Assembly: GCA_964016885.1 (NCBI GenBank)
Contig: OZ024743.1
Coordinates: 175,522,001-175,586,000, forward strand
Reading direction: 5' to 3'
DNA: 64,000 nucleotides
Origin: Eledone cirrhosa
Lineage: Eukaryota
A model generated the notes under the pieces. The model saw only the letters and a list, made by a program, of their open reading frames with translations, was not told the DNA's origin and ran no database searches. The translations under genes and the position numbers were made by a program. This document shows, piece after piece, positions 1 through 11,669 of the stretch; positions within the stretch are counted from its first letter, which is position 1; every line of letters begins with the position of its first letter.

Positions 1-136
1 GACGCAATGACATTCTCAACAGTTCATTACGTAACTGTCTTTATCCCATTGCAGAAACTAATTAGTTGGAGTGAAAATTTAAGTAAGTTAGTTAATTTAA
101 AAAAAAAAATTTCTTTTTAAATTTTCTTATTTTACG

Positions 137-415
<279 letters not shown>

Positions 416-574
416 AAGAGAAAGAGTGTGTGAGAAAGAGTGAGAAAGAGATACAGAGGGAGATAACGCTAAGATAATAAAATAAAATAAATGAAAAGAG
501 ACACCTAACAAAGGAAGGAATAACAATACTAAAGACAATAGTAATGCTAATAAGATATCTGGCAGCAATGGTGG

Positions 575-790
575 AAATATAAAGCATAGATTTAAAAATA
601 TAATCAACATAAATATTAAAAGAAATAATTAATATTTAAAGAAAACCATAGATGTTAAAATGCAATATGTATGTTAAGAAAGCAGAATAGATATTAAAAC
701 TGTAGATGTTTCAGACATAGATAATATTTAAAAAATCAGAATGAATGTTAAAAAACAGCACAGATGTTCATAAAACAGCATAGACATATA
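575..790 (+). repeat. Degenerate ~20-bp minisatellite
   Basis: Recurring aaaacagcatagatgtt-like units. Confidence 0.55.
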
Positions 791-814
791 TATTTTAAAT
801 CATTAAGCTAACAA

Positions 815-905
815 AAGTCTGATGAGCTTTTGATTCCAGAGTCGGGCATGATCGATAGAGATCGAACCTTGAGCTGATCGATCAATCGCGAAACGCGCGT
901 CACAC
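815..905 (+). ncRNA. Degenerate type I hammerhead-like motif
   Basis: CTGATGA at 819, long stem II region (gatt/aatc, tgatcgat/atcgatca), GAAAC-GCGC-GTC with palindromic loop; stem I only ~2 bp. Confidence 0.4.
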
Positions 906-1614
906 CTGGATAAACTTAATGAAAATTTGACACCTCGTCCATACATATTATTATCAATACACTCCAGAGTACATAATGGAGACTACGCATCGTGTGCTCA
1001 CTTTGGTGAACCAACAGTATTTAGACGTTGCAATCCCTAAACTATCGACAGTCGATCGACTTTCGTCTAATCGGACCTAGGAAACAATGTTTCTGTTGGT
1101 CTTTCCATTTGCTAATACTATATATCGGTCGCAAATCCAGGTAGAAGTAGCAACATGGAATAAAGTGTCTTGCTCAAGGATATAACGTATTGCCCAGTCC
1201 AGTAATCGAACTCACAAGCTCACGATTGCGAATCCAATTCTCTCTATATATCCCTAAACTATATCTATATATAGAGAGAGACCAAAATCTGGATAAGAAG
1301 GAGCAAACGCTGCAGATGACGGGAACTCTAGTTCCATCGTGGAAGTCCACGCATTATGCAACTTGTTAAGTAACTTCCATAGGTCTCCAAAACGTATCGG
1401 AGATTTTTATCGGTTATATCGATTCTAATCAACACAAGACGACCCAGGTTAGTTTTCAACCTTTCTGTATTTATTATTGTTGTGGGGAAAAGTATTGCCA
1501 CTGCCTTAGGTCGTTTTTCTTGGTGTCAAACCTTTTCACTTTTGTGTTTACTCTGGACGATAATGTATTAACTCGAATAGTACCTGTTGTATTTCAGCTA
1601 CAAATTCGATTTAT

Positions 1615-1674
<60 letters not shown>

Positions 1675-1676
<2 letters not shown>

Positions 1677-1866
1677 GGAAAAGGTATGACCCCGACGGCA
1701 GAGCTCAAGCCGTTTCGACGGCTATTTCTGGACCACAAATAGCCGTCGAAACGGCTTGCGCTCTGCCGTCGGGGTCATACCTTTTCCTATTACCCACTCT
1801 ACTACCCTAAGTATTGAGTACTCTGGTGTGTTATGGTCCATCTGATTCCTTACCACAATTCCTTCG

Positions 1867-1870
<4 letters not shown>
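1675..1870 (+). repeat. Fold-back hairpin (1675-1789) containing the 3' half of a hammerhead; end of a small PLE-like repeat
   Basis: Near-perfect 53-bp arms around a 9-nt loop; right arm reads stem II'-GAAA-CGGC..GCCG-TC-ggggtc. Tail 1790-1870 recurs at ~40495-40580. Confidence 0.75.
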
Positions 1871-1924
<54 letters not shown>

Positions 1925-1964
1925 TTACACAACACACACACACACACACACACATATATATGTA

Positions 1965-1999
<35 letters not shown>

Positions 2000-2035
2000 A
2001 TGTATGTATGTATGTATGTATGGATGGATGGATGG

Positions 2036-2085
<50 letters not shown>

Positions 2086-2414
2086 GTATATATATATATG
2101 TATGTATGTATGTCTGTATGGATGGATGTATGTATGGATGTATGTGTGTGTATGTGTGTGTGTGTAGAGTATTGCTTTAATAACTAGCTTATATAAATGT
2201 TTGATAAATTGTGGTTGTCAGTTCGAGTGTTGAAGATAAAAATAAATGAAATGTCAAACGTCCTCATCTTTCCTCCCCTTCATCCTCTATAACCTGGAAA
2301 CTAAGATAATCCCACTTGAGATGCAATGAACATTTTTCAGCTGAACGCTGAACTGTCTCACATGAAGTTAGTCAATTGGAAATCAAATACAACCCGGAAT
2401 GTACGGAATATGTC

Positions 2415-2448
<34 letters not shown>

Positions 2449-3369
2449 GACGTTTAATTTAATTTGTTGGGATTCAATAAGCTTAACATTTTTTATAACT
2501 GATATAAAGCACTCTACAATTTAGTGGAATAAATATTCAATATATTAATAAATGGAAACTATATTTATAAAACCATAATTATTTTATTATATATATTTCA
2601 AGGGCAACCAAGGCAAATTTTGGTGCGCTTTCATCAAATAAAATACAAATTTGTTTTATAAATAAATATTGACATACCGGCATAAAGACAACCATAACGG
2701 TTGAGGTTCGCTGGATAGTGGAAAAAATATTTTATTGAGGGTGATTCAAAGTTATGAGTGAGTATGCAAATGAGTGTCAGAAAAATTGAAAAAACAACGG
2801 TTTATTTAAATTAAACTGTTGGAAGAAAGTAGTGAAAGGGAGAGAGAAAAAAGGGAGAGAGAAAAATATTGAAAAAGAGAGAGAGAGAGAATAGTGAAAG
2901 GGAGAGAGAGAAAAAGAGAAAGAGAAAGAGAGAAGAAGAAAGAAAAAGGGTGATAAAATGAAGAAAAAAGAAAGAGAGACAAGATTATGCAGAGTGGTAG
3001 TGAAGAAAATTTAAGGGAGAGCGAGCGAAGAAATGAGCTTTTCAGGGATGAATACTCAAATCGTAAATATAACGTTCATTATGCTATGTTTATAGTAAAC
3101 CTAATACTATATTTATAAGTTAAAAATTAAATTAAATTAAGAATAAATAAATACTGTTAAATTTAAAAATACTGTTAAATTTAATTAAAAATAAGGATAT
3201 ATTACAATAAAGAAGTATTTAAAATATATTAAGATGTATTAATAATATATGGGTTTAGATGGTATGTTATGTTACAGATGTTAAATTATTTAAATGTATA
3301 GTATTTTACATTGGAAAAATATTTTATATTATATATTTAAAATAATAATAATTGTTAAATCAATAGAAA

Positions 3370-4485
3370 AAACAAATCAATAATACAATTTTTTAATATC
3401 TTTAATCTTAAGGTAGAAGTAGAGAATAATTATAAAATAGTTAATTTTTTAGATGTAACATTAAATCTTAATACTGGTCTATATTATGCATTTCATAAAA
3501 TCAATGAGAATTTAAACTATGTTAACTTTAATTCCAATCAGCCGAGATCCGTTAAGAACATTATCGTAAATTCCGTACAGCAACGTATTTCTAGAATTTC
3601 AGCGAATAAAAATATATTTGAAGATAAGGCACAATATTATAACGAAGCTTTAAGTAGGGCAGGCTATGATAATGAAATTAAATACATCGACAATAAAGAT
3701 ACGCCAATTAACCATAATTATAATTATAATTTTAATAAGAAACCTAGCACAAACTCTGAGATTAAAAGAAGAAATAGAACTAGAAATGTATTATGGTTCG
3801 CTCCCCCTTTCTCATTAAGTATTAAAACTCCTTTAGTTAAACTATTTTTTGAAGCTCTCGATAATTGTTTTCCCAAGACACATAGGTATCATTCAATCTT
3901 TAACAGACATACAATTAAACTTTCATATTCTACCACTATGAATTTAGCACAGAATATAAATAGAATCAATAATAGAAACTTAAAACTTAACCAGAATAGC
4001 ATTAATACCCCTAGCAATATCCAATACAATGATACGGTTCCCAATAATATAAATTCTGATAAATATAATTGTAGAATTAAACCTAACTTTAAATAATAAT
4101 TGTTTAGTTAAAAATGTAGTATACAATTGCAATGTCAAAACCAATGATAATTCCTTTAACTATGTCGGCTCTACTTCGACTGACTTCAAATCTCGTTTCA
4201 ATAACCATAAATGTTCCTTTACGAATATTGGTAAAAAATCTTCAACCTCTCTATCCAACTTATTATGAAACTTAAAATCCAAGAATATAAACTATTCTTT
4301 ATCTTGGAAAATTGTCTCCAAAGCACCAGCCTGCAGAAACACAGCTTTATCCAAATTTTTCAGCCTATGCGTTGAAGAAATATTCTTTATACTTAAATGT
4401 GAGAACTCTATTAATTTGCGTAATAACCTATTTAGTTCTTGTAAACATCGTATAAATTCAACTTTTAAATATATATATAAAATGT
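3370..4485 (+). pseudogene. PLE RT thumb/linker plus GIY-YIG endonuclease, disrupted
   Basis: Manual translation gives FLDVTLNL, WFAPPFS, KLSYS, NNCLVKNVVYNC, YVGSTSTDFKSRFNNH; frameshift near 4090 and TGA near 4266. Confidence 0.8.
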
Positions 4486-5987
4486 AATATATGGTTACAT
4501 AATGTTTTCTCTATCCAAACACCTATAATCTCACTCCTCAGATTATATCCATATATGGTTCAAGAATGTAATATAATTCTAATTTTAATAACTTCGTAAA
4601 TATATAAATACACTTTTATTAAATTTTTAATTTACCCCTTAAAACCTTTACTTTCTAATATTTCTACTTCATAAATATACTTTGTATTATTACACTTATC
4701 AATCCTACCTCCAAAAATATATCATAACCTTTTTGAATGACTACTTGAAATTCTTTTAAAAAAAGGTTTTCAAAAATTAAAAAGATTTTCTTTGAAAGAC
4801 TTTTAAAAATTGTTTTGAAAAATAAAAATAAAATTTTTTGAGAAGGTTTTTTGAAAGAGTTTTTTGAATGATACCGAAAAACTATTATTTTCATATTTTT
4901 CATATCTTCTAATATTTTTATATATTCCAATATTTTAAACATTTTAAATATTTATGTATTTTCATATATTTTCAAATACTTCTATATATTTGGAATAATG
5001 TATGGTTTATGTTTTAATTATATTCTAAGATGAATTTTTATAACTTCTTAACTTCTTATAACTTTTTAAGAGATTTTTATATATCTTTGGAGTCATTTGA
5101 GTTTTTAAAAAATCCCTTTTAAACTTCCTTATTGTTTTTTATAATCTCGATTTTTATAGTCTTAATTTATAGTCTGAATTTGTAAATGGTTTAGTATATA
5201 CTTCTAATTAAGTACTTAATCCTTTGTAAACTCTCGTAATTTTTCGTAATCTTTGGAATTTTTTAGGTGTTTAAGATTTGACTTACAACTATTGACAAAT
5301 TCAGGCTAAATATAATTTTGCCAAACTTACTTTAATTAGATAAACAAAACTAGATTCTAAATATTTTTCCAATGTAAAATACTATACCTATAAATGATTT
5401 ATCATCTATAACATAACAAAACCATCTAGACCCATATATTATTAATACAACTTAATATATTTTAAATAATTCTTTATTGTAATATATCCTTATTTTTAAT
5501 TAAATTTAACACTATTTTAAAATTTAACAGTATTTATTTATTTTTAATTTAATTTAATTTTTAACTTATAAATATAGTATTAGGTTTAATATAAACATAG
5601 CATAATGAACGTTATATTTACGATTTGAGTATTCATCCCTGAAAAACTCTTTTCTTCGCTCGCTCTCCCTTCACTATCACTCTGCATAACCTTGTCTCTC
5701 TTTCTTTTTTCTTCCTTTTATCACCCTTTTTCTTTCTATTTCCCTGTTTCTGTTTCTCTTTTTTTCTCTCTCCGTTTCAATATTTTTCTCTCTCCTTTTT
5801 TTCTCTCTCCCTTTCACTACTTTCTTCCAACAGTTTAATTTAAATAAACCGTCGTTTTTTCAATTTTTCTGACACTCATTTGCATACTCACTCATAACTT
5901 TGAATCACCCTCAATAAAATATTTTTTCCACTATCCAGCGAACCTCAACCGTTAAGGTTGTCTTTATGCCGGTATGTCAATATTTGT

Positions 5988-6051
5988 ATTTTATCTGATG
6001 AAAGCGAACCAAAGTTTGCCTTGGTTGCCCTTGAAATATATATAATAAAAT
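5988..6051 (+). ncRNA. Minimal type I hammerhead ribozyme in PLE pseudo-LTR
   Basis: attttat-CTGATGA-aag..ccaa/ttgg..ctt-GAAA-t-ATAT-a-TA-ataaaat: 7-bp stem I, palindromic loop 3, AUA triplet. Copies at 2581-2644(-) and 7217-7280(+) have TTGATGA. Confidence 0.8.
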
Positions 6052-6241
6052 AATTATGGTTTTATAAATATAGGTTTCATTTATTAATATATTGAATATT
6101 TACTCCACTAAACTGTTGAGTGCTTTATATCAGTTATAAAAATGTTTAAGCTTGTTGAATCCCAACAAATTAAATACAACGTCTGCATATATTTAGCTCC
6201 TTTATTGTTGAGCACTTTGAATTATAACTGATTAATAAAAA

Positions 6242-6870
6242 GTGGAATTCTTTAAGATCTCTTCTTCTCTAAAAGACATACATTTACCTAGGAATAAGGA
6301 CTATCTTAAACAACTTATAGAGAAATCGGACTCGTTTATAAGAAGATTTAGATGGCGCGCTTTTCATTTTGATAAAAAATCAGATGAAAAAGAAAATAAA
6401 TCCAACTTCGATAGGATCTTCAAATTCAAGAAAAATCCACCTACCAACAAATTATTAATGGAATTTGAAAATGAAATTATTTCAAACATACAAAACATTA
6501 AATTTAAGAAAAACCATTTTGTAGGCCAGGATTACCTCAAAGGTCTTAAAAATAATATAGAAAATTTTGAAAGAACTGAAAAAATTCTTATTAAATCTGA
6601 TAAAACCAACAATCTATATGGAATGCAAAAGGACGACTATAATAATCTTATATTGAAGGAATTAAGGAAAAATTACAAGAGAGCAACCAATGATGACATT
6701 GAAATACTAAATAGAGAAGCTTCTAATATAATGCAAAAATTAGGCATCGAAAATAGGACTGAACCCTTTATACCAAGAAAACCAAAATTTAATTTGAAAG
6801 ACCACAAAAGAAATTTTGAAATAGAATTACCAGTTAGACTTATAGCACCATCTAAGTCGGACCTAGGCAT
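6242..6870 (+). pseudogene. N-terminal part of PLE ORF, 3'-truncated
   Basis: SLKDIHLP..YLKQLIEKSDSFIRRFRWRAFHF..SDKTNNLY..LKDHKRNF..PVRLIAPSKSDLG resembles PLE/Naiad N-terminus and RT start. Confidence 0.8.
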
Positions 6871-8516
6871 AGTTTTTCTTCACTATCACTCTGCATAATC
6901 TTGTCTCTCTTTCTTTTTTCTCCCTTTTATCACCCTTTTTCTTTCTTCTTCTCTCTTTCTTTCTCTTTTTTTCTCTCTCTCTCCCTTTCAATATTTTTCT
7001 TTCTCCCTTTGTTTCTCTCTCCCTTTCACTACTTTCTTCCAACAGTTTAATTTAAATAAACCGTTGTTTTTTCAATTTTTCTGACACTCATTTGCATACT
7101 CACTCATAACTTTGAATCACCCTCAATAAAATATTTTTTCCACTATCCAGCGAACCTCAACCGTTATGGTTGTCTTTATGCCGGTATGTCAATATTTATT
7201 TATAAAACAAATTTGTATTTTATTTGATGAAAGCGCACCAAAATTTGCCTTGGTTGCCCTTGAAATATATATAATAAAATAATTATGGTTTTATAAATAT
7301 AGTTTCCATTTATTAATATATTGTATATATATATATATTCAATATTCATACTCTGCTTTGTATTGAGTACCTTACCTACTGTGGTTACCCCCGATTAAAC
7401 CCGGGATAAACTTATATATATAAGGCGGACACCACACACACACACATATACATATGAATATGTGTGTGTATTTCATCAGAAGAAAGAATGAGAAATGTTG
7501 AATGTACTAGGGTGAGAGTGAAAAATAGACGGATGAGAAGACGAAGGTGGTGTAAGAAGATTACAGTAGAGGAAAAATGATAGAGAGTCGTTAAATGCAA
7601 GAAGCAAATAAAATTTCACTGATACGAAAAGATTTCCTGGTGGAAGTTCAGGTAAACCCCGGGTTTAAATGCAGTTTCAGGGTGAAAATCCAACGAATTT
7701 GAGAGGTCCACGTAAGCGTTGATACATATATGTATGTAAAAGGTAAACAGAAATAACAACACAATCGGTACAGTATATAGAAGGAATATATAGGTTAACG
7801 CTTGAAAAGGAAGCCTGCAGTTTCCACGTACGAGGCATTGGTTAACCTGAGGTTATAGGAGAAAACACTAGTCCAGAATCACGTAGCTGTGCTTTTATTT
7901 ATTCATTCTATTGGTTTTCATTCTCTCCTTATGTCTTTCTTTCAAGAATTTCTTCCCCATCTTTATTATTTTATTCTTTATGTCGGGAAGGGGATTGGCA
8001 GTATCGGTTGACCATTCGACAACATGCTTTGCAGCATATAGTTACGGCCTTTTATGTTCTGTGCTCACATCTCGCTGAAGTTACCTTCGTCTTTCATGCA
8101 CACGAAATTCGAGAAAATAAAGCACCAGTAACGAACTGGAGGCAATTTAAACGACTTTCCTCTTCCTTTCAAATTAATGGCCTTGTGGCTAATATCGAAA
8201 CAATTATTTTATTCTTCGTTCTTTCCTCCAATCCTTCTGTCTATAATCAGAATTTCTGATGTAAGGATCATGCCAACAATCGGTGGGGAATAGAATGTCA
8301 ATTGTTAGTTTGTTTCAGGGAACTCGGAAGGATTAAAGGTAAAGTTGTCTACTGGGATTTTAACTCAGAAACTAAGGAACCGGACACGTACTGTTTAGCA
8401 TTTGTACAATGCTGCGAGGACGACACCAATCGACTGCCCTCATTCAGTTTATAATAATAATAATAACAATAAAGATATTACGCAGAACAGAACACCATGC
8501 TGCAAACAATATATGA

Positions 8517-8826
8517 ATGGGCAGTGTATATTGTACACTGTACATAATATGTCGTATGGTAACAATCACAAGTCACACACACACAAACACACACACACAC
8601 ATACACATATACACATACGCACACACTCACTCACATACACACACACATATACGCACACACACACACACATACTCTCAAACAAATAGGCACTCATATAAAT
8701 ACACGCACACTTACAAATTCATGCAAATACACAACACACGAACACGCGCACACACACATACGCATATGCGGATATATACTCATTATGTGTAAACGGACAT
8801 CTATATATACAATAAAGAAACATATA

Positions 8827-8921
<95 letters not shown>
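8517..8921. repeat. (CA)-rich tract followed by (TATC)n
   Basis: Direct reading; (TATC)n ~8826-8921 abuts LINE copy 1. Confidence 0.9.
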
Positions 8922-8922
<1 letters not shown>

Positions 8923-11596
8923 GTAGCGGATCATCTAGGTCGTACCTAGATAGGTTCTTAGTTAGAATTAAGGATAAGGACTTTTTAAGTTGTCCAAAAA
9001 TGCGCATGGTTGGCTATTCAGACCACAAATTGGTGACCTGCATGGTCAACCTTGACAGAACTCATAGACAGGGACCCGGTTACTGGAAGCTCAACTTGTC
9101 TTTACCGGAAAGTAAGGCTTACAGGAACCGGATTAGCACTTTAGTTAAGGAGCGGTTGACGGGCGCCATCGTCAACAGCAGGTGGTGGGGATCTCTCAAA
9201 AGAGAGATTAGAGTAGTCTCTATAGAATTTAGTAAGGAGTTAGCCTCAAATAAAAATAGGAAGGAAAGGGAGTTGGTAGATAGTGTAGAAGAGGCAATTA
9301 GAAGCGGCGACGTGGCCAGAGTGCTAGCGTCGAGAACGGCCCTGGGCCAGTTCTTCGACGCGAAACACGAAGGCTGCATCGTCCGAAGCAAAATACGTGC
9401 TCTGGGAAACGAGGGGACCAAAGCTGTTAGCTGGGCCCGCGTGACAGAAGCCAAGAGTGGGATTAAATCCACCATTCGGTCTTTGCGAGACCAGGATGGA
9501 CGGGTGATCCTTGAACCTGAGCGGATGTGCGAGGCCTTTCAAAGGCACTTTGCTGGACTGTTCGGAGGGGGCGGGGGGGGGGGGGGGGGGGCGGACGGGG
9601 ATGTGGACTTCGGTCCAAACCTCGACGGTCTACCGCGTCTTTCGAGCGGCGAAGCGGAGTGCTGCGAAAGGCCAATCACAGCCACTGAAATCGGGGAAGC
9701 GCTCAGCCAATGCAGCAGACGCAAATCTCCGGGTCTCGATGGTCTACCATACGAACTTTATTTAGCTATGCCGGTCTTGTTCTCCGAACTCCTCGAGGCT
9801 GTCTATTGCAACTGGCAACAGAACGGGAGAATTCCCTGTTCTGTGACCAAGGGCGTGGTCACGCTAGTGAGGAAGGACGAGAGCAAGGGGGACGACTTAA
9901 GTAACTTTAGGCCCATAACTCTGCTGAATGTAGAGTTACAGATTTTGGCCAAGGTGTTGGCGAAGAGGTTGGCGCTTGTGGTGGGTGGTTTGGTGGGAGT
10001 CGCGCAGACATGCGCTATCCCGTCCAGGTCCATTCACGACAACCTCCACCTCATGCGATACATCATAGAGAGGGTTGGCAACGAACCCGGCTTTGGTGGG
10101 GCCCTGATCAACTTGGATCAATCTAAGGCGTTCGATAGGGTCGATCATGGTTACCTGGATGCGGTGCTAGCGGCGGCGGGCTTCGGACCCGTTTTCAGGG
10201 GCTGGATTTCTGCCATTCACAGTGGCAACATCTACTCTAGGATTAAAGTAAACGGCTACCTCTCGGAGCCGTTTCAAATCACCCGGTCCATCAGACAGGG
10301 GTGCCCCCTCTCCTCCCTTCTGTACGTATTGACTCTCGAGCCACTGCTGCGGAAGTTGGAGTTGCTGCGGGGCATACCCCTGGAACCGGGATTGCACAAA
10401 GCGGTCTCGGCCTATGCCGACGACGTAACAGTAATGGTGGCGGACGCCTCGGAAATCGGGGCGATCGCCACCCTACTGGAGGAATACGAAAGGCTGACGG
10501 GGGCTAGGCTGAACCGAGACAAGTCAGTCGGTTTGCAACTCGGAACGTGGAGGGGCAAACCGATGCCGTTAGACGGTGTCGTCGGGCGGTGGACGGAGGG
10601 CCCGGTGAAGCTGCTCGGGGTCTGGTTCGGACCGGACCTCCAGGTGGAGAAGAATTGGGGCGAGGTGACGAGCAGGGTGTTTGCGCTGACCCAGAAGTGG
10701 GCCAAGTGCAAACTATCACTGAAAGGTCTGGCGGAGGTGACGAACGCTTACATAGCGTCCGTCATCTGCTACCGCCTGACCGTCGTGCCTTGCCCCAAGG
10801 AAAAGATCACCATCATGGAACGCATGCTCTTCCAGTTCCTCTGGAAGAAGCGGCCTCCCATGGTGAGGAGATCCATCTGCTGCCAGCACCCTTCGAAAGG
10901 AGGGCTGGGGATGCCGTGGCTGTTGATGCGTAGGCACGCATTGAGGCTACGGCATCTACAGGTATTCCTCACCGGTCAGCCGGTGTGGGCCCCGTTTGTG
11001 AGGCGAGCCTTCCCACAGCTCGTCTCGCTCACCGAGCTGCAATCCTGGGTGAAGCAAAGACCGAGAAAACTGGGCAACTGGCACACCGAGTGTGCCCAGG
11101 CGCTCACGGCTATCTGGCTATCTGAGGCGGTCTTTCTGTGCGTAATAGCCATGATGAAAGAGGTTGTGTGGTGGACGCGCCTGAAAGGTCTGAGGTCGGG
11201 TGACTTTCTCTCCGGCCATCACCTGGTTTACTTCTTCCGATACCACTTCGGAAGAAGGATCAGGATGGAGAGAGAAGTGCTTGGCCCCAGACAGTTTTAT
11301 GAAAGGTGGGTGAAAGAAGCGAGAATGGCTCGTGTAAATGGGGCTTCTCTCTACATTGTTCTGTAGGTGAAGAAGTGAAGAGGAAAGGGGGAGCGCCTCC
11401 TCTCTGGGCTTCCCCCGCGAAAAGGGTTGCACACTTTTCGGGGGTATGTGCAATCCCGAACACGCCCCCTCCCTTTTGAGGACTTTTTATTATTATATTA
11501 TTATTGTTATTCCTTTTTCTTTACTCGATTTATGTAAACTCCCCCACTGTGTATTTGTCCCCTTCTTTTGTGCCCTTGTGGCAAATAAATAGAAAT

Positions 11597-11597
<1 letters not shown>
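8922..11597 (+). mobile_element. Tx1/L1-clade non-LTR retrotransposon copy 1 (5'-truncated, internal deletion)
   Basis: ORF 9000-11366: APE end (YLDRFL, SDH), [46 protein letters not shown]; CCHC region missing (junction ~11119); 3' UTR ends ggcaAATAAA then (TATC)n. Confidence 0.92.

Positions 11598-11668
<71 letters not shown>

Positions 11669-11669
<1 letters not shown>

Larger units (their letters stand above)
2446..7322 (+). mobile_element. Penelope-like retroelement (Naiad-type), partial tandem with inverted pseudo-LTR, decayed
   Basis: 2446-3325 is the reverse complement of ~5358-6186. 3370-4485 encodes VNFLDVTLNL..YVNFNSNQP, RNVLWFAPPFS..IKLSYST and a GIY-YIG-type VVY..YVGST..RF.NH region with stops/frameshift. 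ORF N-terminus restarts at 6242; 6879-7322 repeats ~5670-6095. Confidence 0.88.
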
